From a virus, in the IMG/VR virus record IMGVR_UViG_3300044904_000300, positions 71,822-135,821 of that record: DNA of 64,000 nt, one strand, 5' to 3'. Each line of letters begins with the position of its first letter. Position 1 is the first letter of the stretch. Made by a program: the position numbers and the translations under genes. The notes below the pieces were generated by a model. The model was not told where the DNA came from. It saw nothing but the letters and a program-made list of their open reading frames with translations, and searched no databases. This document shows, one piece after another, positions 29,780 to 38,279 of the stretch.

Positions 29780-30016
29780 ATGATTATCTGTAAGAAATGT
29801 GGGATGCCTTTGGCGCCCCTAGTCAGCACACAATACGAATACAAAGGACCGATTTGTGGGTGTGAATATCTCGTGACACAGCCGCAGTTCCCCGAAAACC
29901 GCTTTGAAGAGCCCACGACCTTTCAGTATGTGGTCTTTGGGGCGCTAGTCGTCGTCGCGATCTTTACTGTTGTCGGCATGATCGTGTTTGTTGCATTCGC
30001 TGCTGGCTTGTTATGA
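29780..30016 (+). CDS. Zn-ribbon plus transmembrane small protein
   Basis: CKKC..CGC followed by a C-terminal TM helix. Confidence 0.5.
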   Translation: MIICKKCGMPLAPLVSTQYEYKGPICGCEYLVTQPQFPENRFEEPTTFQYVVFGALVVVAIFTVVGMIVFVAFAAGLL

Positions 30017-30213
30017 AAACTCTGGTCTGTATTGAATGCGGACAATCGATGAAACGAGGAAGGGCGGGAATACTGTATGCGAACGGGACAATCGGTATCG
30101 TCTGCGTGGGATGCTGGCGTGACCTATGGGTCGACTTCATGCACCCCGATACCTGCGATTGTGAGCACTGCCAGCGGTGCCGGGATATACTACAACGGAC
30201 AAACCGGGGGTGA
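30013..30213 (+). CDS. Small Cys-rich protein
   Basis: CIEC, CVGC, CDCEHCQRC; start overlaps the previous stop. Confidence 0.45.
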   Translation: MKTLVCIECGQSMKRGRAGILYANGTIGIVCVGCWRDLWVDFMHPDTCDCEHCQRCRDILQRTNRG

Positions 30214-30376
30214 TAGCTCTGCAGGTCCAGAATGGACCGCTATTAGCTGGACGCAAGTATATGATTGCGAGTGGATCGGACAGGAGCGCCTTGCGCCCGC
30301 GGTACTCGAACAGCCCGCGCCCAAGCCCCCCGTCGATATGTTCCGAGGGTTCAAGCGAATCCACTAAGTATTCTGT

Positions 30377-31702
30377 ATGAGTGATCTGACCATACAGCCT
30401 GTAGATGAAGTTTGGGTGACTGTTGCTTGTGACGATGCTATCGCGCACGAACTGTCCGACTACTTCACATTCAAGCCCGACAACGTAGTTTTCATGAAAC
30501 GCCAAGCCCGCTATCGGGGCTGGGACGGATCGGTGCGTCTGTTCAAACTCAAGGACCATCGCATCTATCGGGGTTTGGTTCCTCGTCTCATCGAGTTCAC
30601 AGACCAGCATAGCTACTCTGTTGATGCACAACTCCCCGAAGTGTTCCCGTTCCTACCCGACGACGCGCTCGATGGCTGGCTGGACTGGATGACTGACCAA
30701 GGCTATGCTCCACATCCCATCAGGGACTATCAAAAAGCTGCACTTCGGTCTGCGCTCGACTCACAGCGAGGCATCATCGTGTCGCCTACAGGGTCGGGGA
30801 AGTCCTACATCATTTGGCTGCTCACGCAGGCTATCTCTGTCCCGCAGACCTTGATCATCGTCCCGACAACGGGGCTGGTCGCACAGATGCACACGGACTT
30901 CCAAAGCTACGGATGCGATCCAACTCAAATCCAAACTATCCAAAGTGGCATGTCTAAAAGTCCAAATGCCCCATTAGTGATATCCACGTGGCAGAGCATT
31001 TATGACTTGCCCGCCAGTTATTTTCGCCAATTCGGGTGCGTCATCTGCGACGAAGTTCATCTTGCAAAAGCCAAGTCTCTTACCGGGCTCATGGAAAAGT
31101 GCGATCATGTCGGTTACCGATTTGGATTTACGGGAACACTTACAGACACACAAGTTCATCGCTTGATCCTCGAAGGGCTTTTCGGGAGTGTGACGCAGGT
31201 CACGACCACGAATGCGTTAGTCAGGGCCGAACAATTGGCTCCCATTCATGTAGACATGTGTGTTCTCAAGTATCCCGAATCTGTCTGCAAACAAGTTCGG
31301 CATTTCACCTATCAGGAAGAGGTTGACTTCCTTGTGTCCTCACCCGCCAGGATGGCCTGTGTCGCACAACTTGTATCCAAGCTCAAGGGTAATACTCTTG
31401 TGCTGTTCAACCTTATCGATAAACATGGGAGACAGCTATATGAGCAAATTGAGAAACTTTGCCCGGAAAAACACGTCCATTTCGTCGTCGGCTCGGTGGA
31501 CTCCGTGGAGAGAGAAGAAGTTCGGCAGTCAGTGGAGGCAGACGACATCCAAACAACCATACATTTTGGCGACCGGTCTACTACTCTTAGTGGGGATGGG
31601 TTTGTACGCTTATCAGACGGAACGCAGAAAACGGCAGATACGATAACTGAAAACGACGATGTTGATGACGCCTGGATATCACTAAATACGAGTAATAAAT
31701 AA
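30377..31702 (+). CDS. uvsW: UvsW helicase N-fragment (motifs I-IV) plus 54-aa non-helicase tail
   Basis: WDG..RLF, SPTGSGKS, DEVHL, FGFTGTL; helicase similarity ends at EREEVRQSVE (31537). Confidence 0.9.
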   Translation: MSDLTIQPVDEVWVTVACDDAIAHELSDYFTFKPDNVVFMKRQARYRGWDGSVRLFKLKDHRIYRGLVPRLIEFTDQHSYSVDAQLPEVFPFLPDDALDGWLDWMTDQGYAPHPIRDYQKAALRSALDSQRGIIVSPTGSGKSYIIWLLTQAISVPQTLIIVPTTGLVAQMHTDFQSYGCDPTQIQTIQSGMSKSPNAPLVISTWQSIYDLPASYFRQFGCVICDEVHLAKAKSLTGLMEKCDHVGYRFGFTGTLTDTQVHRLILEGLFGSVTQVTTTNALVRAEQLAPIHVDMCVLKYPESVCKQVRHFTYQEEVDFLVSSPARMACVAQLVSKLKGNTLVLFNLIDKHGRQLYEQIEKLCPEKHVHFVVGSVDSVEREEVRQSVEADDIQTTIHFGDRSTTLSGDGFVRLSDGTQKTADTITENDDVDDAWISLNTSNK

Positions 31703-31722
31703 TACTCAGTATAGGCATCCAG

Positions 31723-32370
31723 ATGGATTATCAGAAACACTACCACACTCTCTGTAGTCGTGCTCCTAAAACTCGACCGGTAGCGGGATACTATGAACGA
31801 CATCGTATTTTACCGGGGTGCTTGGGCGGGAAATATACGACAGAAAATGTTGCCTGGCTCACTCCAGAAGAACATTATGTCGCCCATCAAATCTTGGTAA
31901 AACTCCATCCAAGTGACAAAAAACTCATATATGCAGCATATCTCATGACGATTCATGACACTGATGCGCGTTCACCCAACAAACTCTATGGATGGGTTCG
32001 TCGGTCAATGGCACAAATCACCAGTACCCGAATGCGAGGTGAGTGGAGCCTTAACCGGGATAAAATGCTGGCAGGAGTTCGTCGTAACCACATTTCAAAA
32101 GAAGACAGTGCCCAATATGCAAAAGAGTCGTGGACGAGAGATACCGGTCACCGGCGCGACCAGATACGAACGCTTCAACGAGAAACCAATGCAACGACGG
32201 CTCAGAGGAACCGTGAACTCTGGCAAACCCCCGAATATCAAGAACGAATGACATGCCGGCGGCGTGGTTCCAATAGTCAATCAATGAAGGCTCTCTGGGC
32301 GAATCCCATACGGAAACAACAAATGCTGGATGCACGAAATGAAACCATCAAAAATCGAACGCGCACATAA
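31723..32370 (+). CDS. Free-standing HNH homing endonuclease splitting uvsW
   Basis: YYERHRILP.CLGG.Y...N.A.LT.EEH..AH; TAAATA at 31683 and 31696. Confidence 0.85.
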   Translation: MDYQKHYHTLCSRAPKTRPVAGYYERHRILPGCLGGKYTTENVAWLTPEEHYVAHQILVKLHPSDKKLIYAAYLMTIHDTDARSPNKLYGWVRRSMAQITSTRMRGEWSLNRDKMLAGVRRNHISKEDSAQYAKESWTRDTGHRRDQIRTLQRETNATTAQRNRELWQTPEYQERMTCRRRGSNSQSMKALWANPIRKQQMLDARNETIKNRTRT

Positions 32371-32740
32371 AGACGCAATAATCGTAGCTTCGTACGGCGT
32401 GTTCTCAACGGGGGTGAACATTCGTCGGCTTCACAATTTGGTCTTTGCGGCAGCGGGAAAATCGAAAATCCGCACACTTCAGAGCATAGGCCGGGGATTG
32501 CGGACTCATGCGTCGAAAAGCCATATCACCTTGTATGACGTAGTGGACGACCTTCGAGTCGGGGTGCGACGAAATTATGCTTGGAAACATGCCGAATTGC
32601 GGAGTGTCCTGTATGCGGAAGAAAAGTTCCCGGTGACGATACGCGCCATCGACTTGAGCAAGTTTGTTTTGAAGACGGCGCCAAGCGTCCTGGCTTCCCC
32701 TAGGCTTGACGATGATAGTGTGGGACAGGAAACTAACTAG
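32339..32740 (+). CDS. uvsW: UvsW helicase C-fragment (motifs V-VI)
   Basis: AIIVASYGVFSTGVNI, LQSIGRGLR, LYDVVDDL; start at ATG 32330 or 32339. Confidence 0.88.
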   Translation: MKPSKIERAHKDAIIVASYGVFSTGVNIRRLHNLVFAAAGKSKIRTLQSIGRGLRTHASKSHITLYDVVDDLRVGVRRNYAWKHAELRSVLYAEEKFPVTIRAIDLSKFVLKTAPSVLASPRLDDDSVGQETN

Positions 32741-32797
32741 TGCGGGAAACCGCGTCTCGTAAAACGACGCCTAAAGCGTTCTGCGGAGTGTGCGACT

Positions 32798-33100
32798 ATG
32801 CTTATTGCTTACTATCTCCTGCTCATGTCTGCCGTTATTCTCTATAACGTGTTTGACTATCTTTCGTCTGTTAAAGCTCTTGCTTCTAATCCGAATGCCA
32901 AAGAACTCAACCCGATCTTACGTTGGACTGGATTGTTCAAAGGAAAGATTGTGATATTAGGGTTTCAGCTTTTTGCGTTTTCCTATTCGTTCTGGAAGGG
33001 ACCATATCCTGCTGAAACAGGAATGACCGTCTTTGTAGTCACTCTAGCCTACATCGGGATCATCATACACAACTATCACGTTGCATCGGGAACAGATTAG
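32798..33100 (+). CDS. DUF5658-like membrane protein
   Basis: D..S...L......E.NP with hydrophobic helices. Confidence 0.55.
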   Translation: MLIAYYLLLMSAVILYNVFDYLSSVKALASNPNAKELNPILRWTGLFKGKIVILGFQLFAFSYSFWKGPYPAETGMTVFVVTLAYIGIIIHNYHVASGTD

Positions 33101-33120
33101 TTTGCCGTTTTGTATTAACT

Positions 33121-33218
33121 ACCTTAAGGTTTTAAAGGTCGAGACCTAAGACCTTAAAAGATTGGGGTTTTAAGATCTCGAAGACCTAAGACCTTATAGG
33201 ACTTTAAGTTACTTAAAG
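33121..33218. repeat. AT-rich TTAAG/AGACCT repeat tract
   Basis: AGACCTAAGACCTTA at 33142 and 33182; palindrome ACCTTAAGGT at 33121. Confidence 0.7.
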
Positions 33219-33281
33219 CCGAAAACGCATCGGCAAACAAAAGTCAAATTTTTTGAAGTCTGGCGAAAACGGAGTCACCAA

Positions 33282-33464
33282 ATGGCCGACGGAACGCAAC
33301 TCATTCAGCCCGGAGACAGGATCAAAATCTCCTCGGGGCAGTATCCAAATGCAGTCAAGTCCGGTCCCTTTAGCACAGGTTCGATGATCGTGGAGTGGGT
33401 AGAAATCAAAGATGGAATCAAGGAAATCTGGGTGCACCGAGATGACACACCTACATCAACCTAA
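33282..33464 (+). CDS. Small hypothetical protein (SH3-like)
   Basis: IQPGDRIKI motif; GGAG RBS. Confidence 0.45.
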   Translation: MADGTQLIQPGDRIKISSGQYPNAVKSGPFSTGSMIVEWVEIKDGIKEIWVHRDDTPTST

Positions 33465-33867
33465 GGGGTCATCTTGTTGTGGACAAACGTGTGTAGCGAT
33501 GGTGACAGAAACGACGCTTGATGAAGTGGTGGACGTGATCGGACGCGCCGGAACACACTATACGACGCTCCGAAAAGCGGCACAAGTGCTCACCGGTGAA
33601 GAACTGCCGTTCGGGCCGATCACACAGAGCCGAGGACGATGTATCCCTATCAGGGGGACATACATCGCTCGCGTCATTTGGTCGAGAAAGCCGCACGCTT
33701 CACATTTCATAGTCGTGCATAACGAATTTGTCTATGACCCCGACGGGTGGGAGTATCTGATGCTTCTCACCGACTGGCTCACCGAAGAACGAAAACGTCG
33801 TTGTTCACCGGACTTGAATATCACTTCCTGGGTGGAGGTGTTTCGTAAGAAAGACCTTGACAAGTAA
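33442..33867 (+). CDS. Peptidase C39-like protein
   Basis: Q....CG.TC.AM, H(F)IVV, YDP. Confidence 0.6.
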   Translation: MTHLHQPKGSSCCGQTCVAMVTETTLDEVVDVIGRAGTHYTTLRKAAQVLTGEELPFGPITQSRGRCIPIRGTYIARVIWSRKPHASHFIVVHNEFVYDPDGWEYLMLLTDWLTEERKRRCSPDLNITSWVEVFRKKDLDK

Positions 33868-33885
33868 GCACATTCGTCGTATACT
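33857..33885 (+). promoter_or_regulatory. Sigma70-type promoter upstream of g55
   Basis: TTGACA-N17-TATACT. Confidence 0.7.
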
Positions 33886-33937
33886 ACCTATAGTATTCCG
33901 CTGAATAGTTCGCAGGCTGCGAACAAAGGAACATGAA

Positions 33938-34474
33938 TTGGCAAAGACTCCTACCCATTACGTTGATAACGCTCGCTTCTTGGCTGAGATCAAAGCCTAT
34001 CGAGCTGCGTGCATAAAGGCGAAACGCACCAAAACTCCCTCACCACAGATACCGGAATACATCGGTAAGTGCTTTCTGGATATTGCGACTCACCTCAGTT
34101 ACAAGCCGAACTTCGTGGCCTACACCTACCGAGAGGACATGATTTCGGATGGGATCGAGAACTGCCTGGTCTACTTCCACAACTTTGATCCCGACAAGTC
34201 GAGCAATCCCTTTGGATACTTTACCCAAATCATTTACTATGCGTTCATTCGCCGGATTCAAAAGGAACGCAAGCACACCTATATCAAGTATAAGTGCTTG
34301 GAGCAGTCGGTGATTGATGGTGGAGCGCATACAGATTCGCCAAATGGCGCACATATCCCCGCTGACACGACGATGTTGGAGTTTGATAATGTGAAAGACT
34401 TCATCCGCCGGTTTGATGATTACACCGCTGGACGAAAAGAGCGCAGGAAACAGGCGAAAGTCGAAAAAGCATGA
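33938..34474 (+). CDS. g55: Late transcription sigma factor gp55
   Basis: HYVDN..FL, IA..LS.KPNF..YTYREDMISDGIENC, FDP.KS.NPF.YFTQI.YYAF.RRI.KE. Confidence 0.96.
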   Translation: MAKTPTHYVDNARFLAEIKAYRAACIKAKRTKTPSPQIPEYIGKCFLDIATHLSYKPNFVAYTYREDMISDGIENCLVYFHNFDPDKSSNPFGYFTQIIYYAFIRRIQKERKHTYIKYKCLEQSVIDGGAHTDSPNGAHIPADTTMLEFDNVKDFIRRFDDYTAGRKERRKQAKVEKA

Positions 34475-36657
34475 ATGTAATGTTGAAACAAGGTGATTGC
34501 CGCACCCTCTTGAAAGAACTTCCGGAGAACAGCGTTGATAGCGTGGTGACAGACCCACCGTATGAACTATCGAATGACGGAAAGGCAAGCGCCAGTCGGG
34601 TCTTCCTTGAAATGATGTTCCCACAAAATGCGAATATCAAAACCGAGTTGTCTGGCGAGGACTATCTTTCGTTCCTCGTACAGAAGGTTCTTTGTTTGAG
34701 TGGTATCACTGGGTTCCCAACTCCAGCGACCACCGTGCCAATAAGTTCCATGACATTCAATGGCAAGTCGCCGTTGGGGAATAAGGATGTCGAACACGCA
34801 AGCATAAGTGCCGTCGGTGTTTCGGATGGGGAAACTAGTGTTGATATCGGCCCCGAGGGAACGGAATACCTCGGCTGCTTTATGTTCAAACTTGCTAACA
34901 CGACTGCCGCACTCCAAGCGTTGAATAGCATTGGCACGGGCTTTGATGCGGGCGGCATCGGGGTAGGGTTTGGTATTACGACGACGAGTTACCCAGGCTT
35001 TCTTCATAGCCTCACTTCGGTTGATATCGGAGACCATAACATAGGGTCGTTCAACAATGCGTTTTCTCAACTGATAAGCACATTTGGCCGAGCAGAATAT
35101 TTGTCCGTGCCGCGCTTTAGTGCCGGCGGGGGAACGGTAGAACATTTCTCCACATACGGGGCATTGGTATTGCTTGCCCTTCTCAAGCAAACCGGCTCGC
35201 AAGTGGTAAGAACATTGGCGGGAACACGTCGTTTGCCGGCCATGTTTGAGCCTCGTCATATTTGCGTAGTAGATGATATCACAAACAGGGCAGTGTCGTT
35301 CGACATCATTGTTCATAACCAGTATTTAGCATCCACTGGGTTTATGTCTAAAGGCTGGGACGGCTCCAAAATCGCCTATGATGTCTTGATGTGGGCAGAG
35401 GTGCTCCGAGTGCTCAAACCGGGCGGACACATGCTCGCTTTTGGGGGCACTCGCACACATCATCGGATGACCTGTGCGATAGAAGATGCGGGGTTTGAAA
35501 TACGAGATGAACTGGACTGGATCTATGCGTCCGGGTTCCCCAAGTCTCTGAATGTCTCAAAGGTCATCGATAAGCAAGCGGGACATACCCGCGCATCATC
35601 CTCTGTGCCGAACATGAAGAACAAGGTGTATGGCAAAGGTATGGGCGGGGGTGAATGGAATGCGCCGAGCGAACCTGCTGTGACTGACGCAGCCAAGCAG
35701 TGGGAGGGGTGGGGCACAGCACTCAAACCAGCACGAGAGCCCATCGTCCTCGCACGAAAGCCTATGAGTGTTTCTATTGCGAAGAACATACAGGAACATG
35801 GGACGGGTGCGATCAACATCGATGCGACTCGTATTGGTGGGAACCCGGGATACAAATATGCTGCGGACCGCAACGGGACGACCTTTCATGGAGAACAGGG
35901 CGAACGAATCAAGCAGACAGCGGAGAAAAAGGGCTCGGAGTTTATTGAATCCTCAAAGGGACGCTGGCCCGCAAATGTGCTGCTCTCACATTCACCTGAT
36001 TGTGTGTGCGTTGGATCGCATGTTGAACCTGGCTATGTCATCAATCGGTGGGACGATGGCTCGAAACCCTTTGGAGACGGCGCGGGGCATCCATTTACAT
36101 CGGAGCAACAGCCTGATGAGGTCATCGAAGAATGGCGTTGCACACCAGACTGCCCGGTGCGTCAGTTGAACGAACAGAGCGGTGACCGGCCAGGTTTTGT
36201 ATCTAATGGAAACGCTACAGTTGGTGAAACGTCTGATGGTGTCACTCCGTTTCGCCGCGGAACGGGTGGTATATGGCATGAAGGAAATGGTATCCCTTGT
36301 GGGCCGCAATATAGTGATAACGGCGGAGCAGCGCGGTTCTTCTACGTCGCTAAGCCCTCTAGAGCAGAGCGAGAGGCCGGATGCGAACACTTGCCGGTCA
36401 AGACCACACCAGAGACCGTGGGACGGGACCCCAATAGTGCTGGAGTACGCAGCCCCCGTGCAGGTGCTGGGCGCGGAGCCGGCACACCACTCTTGCGTTG
36501 TACCGTGTGTGGATGCGACGGAGGCGGAGGACGTTATGTGTCGCAGTGTGTGGACGGGGGTTCGCATCGTTTTGAAGCGGCAACTTATGTGATGAAACCA
36601 GATACACCACCAGAAATAGTGGCACAAATACAAGCACTATTAGGGCAAACTCTCTAA
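34471..36657 (+). CDS. Beta-class amino-DNA methyltransferase N-fragment with 256-aa in-frame insert
   Basis: GDC..LLKELPENSVDSVVTDPPYEL [insert 34570-35337] GFMSKGWD, RVLKPGGH, WIYASGFPKS, GRWPAN, AARFFY.AK. Confidence 0.88.
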   Translation: MNVMLKQGDCRTLLKELPENSVDSVVTDPPYELSNDGKASASRVFLEMMFPQNANIKTELSGEDYLSFLVQKVLCLSGITGFPTPATTVPISSMTFNGKSPLGNKDVEHASISAVGVSDGETSVDIGPEGTEYLGCFMFKLANTTAALQALNSIGTGFDAGGIGVGFGITTTSYPGFLHSLTSVDIGDHNIGSFNNAFSQLISTFGRAEYLSVPRFSAGGGTVEHFSTYGALVLLALLKQTGSQVVRTLAGTRRLPAMFEPRHICVVDDITNRAVSFDIIVHNQYLASTGFMSKGWDGSKIAYDVLMWAEVLRVLKPGGHMLAFGGTRTHHRMTCAIEDAGFEIRDELDWIYASGFPKSLNVSKVIDKQAGHTRASSSVPNMKNKVYGKGMGGGEWNAPSEPAVTDAAKQWEGWGTALKPAREPIVLARKPMSVSIAKNIQEHGTGAINIDATRIGGNPGYKYAADRNGTTFHGEQGERIKQTAEKKGSEFIESSKGRWPANVLLSHSPDCVCVGSHVEPGYVINRWDDGSKPFGDGAGHPFTSEQQPDEVIEEWRCTPDCPVRQLNEQSGDRPGFVSNGNATVGETSDGVTPFRRGTGGIWHEGNGIPCGPQYSDNGGAARFFYVAKPSRAEREAGCEHLPVKTTPETVGRDPNSAGVRSPRAGAGRGAGTPLLRCTVCGCDGGGGRYVSQCVDGGSHRFEAATYVMKPDTPPEIVAQIQALLGQTL
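34567..35316 (-). CDS. Vsr/DUF559-like endonuclease with N-terminal Zn fingers, nested antisense inside the methyltransferase
   Basis: CPVC..CS..C repeats; SKFE....E, FDILIP...LAIECHG.YWHG; own TAAATA on the minus strand (35323-35328). Confidence 0.85.
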   Translation of the reverse strand: MNNDVERHCPVCDIIYYANMTRLKHGRQTTCSRQCSYHLRAGLLEKGKQYQCPVCGEMFYRSPAGTKARHGQIFCSAKCAYQLRKRIVERPYVMVSDINRSEAMKKAWVTRRRNTKPYPDAARIKARANAIQRLECGSRVSKFEHKAAEVFRSLGADINTSFPIRNTDGTYACVFDILIPQRRLAIECHGTYWHGGRWSWEPSDTTQTKNLLYEERKIVLARQLGFDIRILWEHHFKEDPTGACLSVIR

Positions 36658-36673
36658 TACCCTAAATAGATGT

Positions 36674-37375
36674 ATGCACACACAAACTTGTCTTGCTTGT
36701 GGAACGACCTTTACTCGGGCCTATCGCCGAAAATACTGTTCACACCGGTGTTATGCGACAAGTCCTAAACCACTGCGAAGAACGGCGCAAAGTGTGGTAT
36801 GTGCTCAATGTGGGAATAAACTAACTCGGGTTCCGTCACGCATCCAAAAAACTGCGAACCAGTTTTGTGATAAGACCTGCTATGATACTTACCAAAGCCG
36901 GTATAAGGACACCTTTACTTGTAAGACCTGTGGGGATGTGTTCGAGCGGAGCCCATCACGCAAAAAGACCAATAGCGTAAAATATTGTTCGATTGCGTGC
37001 CGCACTGCGGACCCCGAATGGGTGTTGAGTGCGTGTATTCGTGGCAACGAAGTGCAGCAGCATAAAGTGGGGCCAAACAAGTTAGAACTGGCCGGGCGGA
37101 GTATTCTTACAGAGTTGGGCTGTGAGTTTAGAGAACAGGTGCTCCTATGTGAGAAGTTTTTGGTTGATGTGCTACTTCCTACAAACATCATTGTGCAGTG
37201 GGATGGAATATACTGGCACACAGAACCGAGGCGGGCTGCGTTAGACCGCTCACAAGATGCCTACCTGAAGAAATGTGGATATCAGGTGTTGCGTTTTACT
37301 GACGACCAAGTGTATAATGAAAGAGAGTTTGTCCGTGATACTATCGCAGGAACAATACAACAAACTGCCAAGTGA
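36674..37375 (+). CDS. Vsr/DUF559-like endonuclease with Zn-finger repeats splitting the methyltransferase
   Basis: C..CG..F...YCS..C repeats; NKLE, VDVLL....IVQWDG.YWH, D.YL...GY.VLRF; TAAATA at 36663. Confidence 0.85.
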   Translation: MHTQTCLACGTTFTRAYRRKYCSHRCYATSPKPLRRTAQSVVCAQCGNKLTRVPSRIQKTANQFCDKTCYDTYQSRYKDTFTCKTCGDVFERSPSRKKTNSVKYCSIACRTADPEWVLSACIRGNEVQQHKVGPNKLELAGRSILTELGCEFREQVLLCEKFLVDVLLPTNIIVQWDGIYWHTEPRRAALDRSQDAYLKKCGYQVLRFTDDQVYNEREFVRDTIAGTIQQTAK

Positions 37376-37701
37376 GTTGCAGTCCTATTTTGAAGCGGAG
37401 GTTGGGGTGGGAGTGCATAACTTCCACCCCACTTGAAGCCGTAAAACCCATTTTATTGATGCGCTATCTCTGCCTACTCGTGACACCTCCAGGCGGCATC
37501 GTGCTCGATCCCTTTATGGGTTCCGGCACAACGGGGTGTGGAGCGGTGCAAGAGGGGTTCAGGTTCATCGGGTTTGACTTGGAAGCGGAGCATGTCGAGA
37601 TTGCTAAGGCGCGTATCGCCTATTGGACGACGCACAAGCATAAGATCGACACGCCTCTTGCGAAAGCCCTTGACACGCGCAAAGACGCCGTGTTATTCTA
37701 A
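37372..37701 (+). CDS. Methyltransferase C-fragment (motif I, SAM binding)
   Basis: VKP..LMRYLC.LVTPPGG.VLDPFMGSGTTG; the conserved HPT preceding VKP lies in a different frame. Confidence 0.85.
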   Translation: MSCSPILKRRLGWECITSTPLEAVKPILLMRYLCLLVTPPGGIVLDPFMGSGTTGCGAVQEGFRFIGFDLEAEHVEIAKARIAYWTTHKHKIDTPLAKALDTRKDAVLF

Positions 37702-37748
37702 TAGGCGCACAATATGATGTGTGGTGTTGATGTATACTAAATACTCGT

Positions 37749-38279
37749 ATGGGACATTTTATAGACCTGACAGGACAGATATTTGGTCGTTTGATAGTAA
37801 TTCGTAGAACGCCCAATAAGAAAACCACTACTATGTGGGAATGCTTATGTGAATGCGGCAATACTACGGTTGTTGATGCCTCGGCGCTTCGGAGTGGCAA
37901 TACTCGTAGTTGCGGGTGTCTTCATAACGAACAGGCTGCAAAAAACATCGCTCGTGCGGACCTTGTTCGTAAACCAGCCGCATATTACCGGTATGTTGAA
38001 CCGAAAAGCGGATATGTAAGAGTTGGTAATGTTGAATATCCGGGCTCGAAGCCCTTTCCTAATTCCGCATACGAGCATAGAGTTATAATGGCACGTCATT
38101 TAGGACGACCATTGCGGAAAGGTGAAACGGTGCATCATTTGAATGGGAATAGACAAGACAACCGCAATGAAAATCTTGAGCTTTGGTTGAAAACACAGCC
38201 CTCTGGGCAGCGTCTTCAAGACGTGCTATCTCATGCGGAACATCTATTACGAGCATATAGACCGGAGTTGTTTAAGTGA
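37749..38279 (+). CDS. HNH homing endonuclease
   Basis: DLTGQ.FGRL.V, W.C.CECG, SCGC, YEHR..M..HLGRPL...E.VHH.NG...DNR..NLEL; TAAATA at 37738. Confidence 0.88.
   Translation: MGHFIDLTGQIFGRLIVIRRTPNKKTTTMWECLCECGNTTVVDASALRSGNTRSCGCLHNEQAAKNIARADLVRKPAAYYRYVEPKSGYVRVGNVEYPGSKPFPNSAYEHRVIMARHLGRPLRKGETVHHLNGNRQDNRNENLELWLKTQPSGQRLQDVLSHAEHLLRAYRPELFK

Noticed and set aside
30077-30380. Gene immediately upstream of uvsW
   Set aside because: Two overlapping plus-strand frames are equally plausible and neither has motifs, so no call was made.
31538-32368. Group I intron in uvsW
   Set aside because: The HNH ORF runs up to the downstream exon and no P7 or other core elements were recognisable; a split gene fits better.
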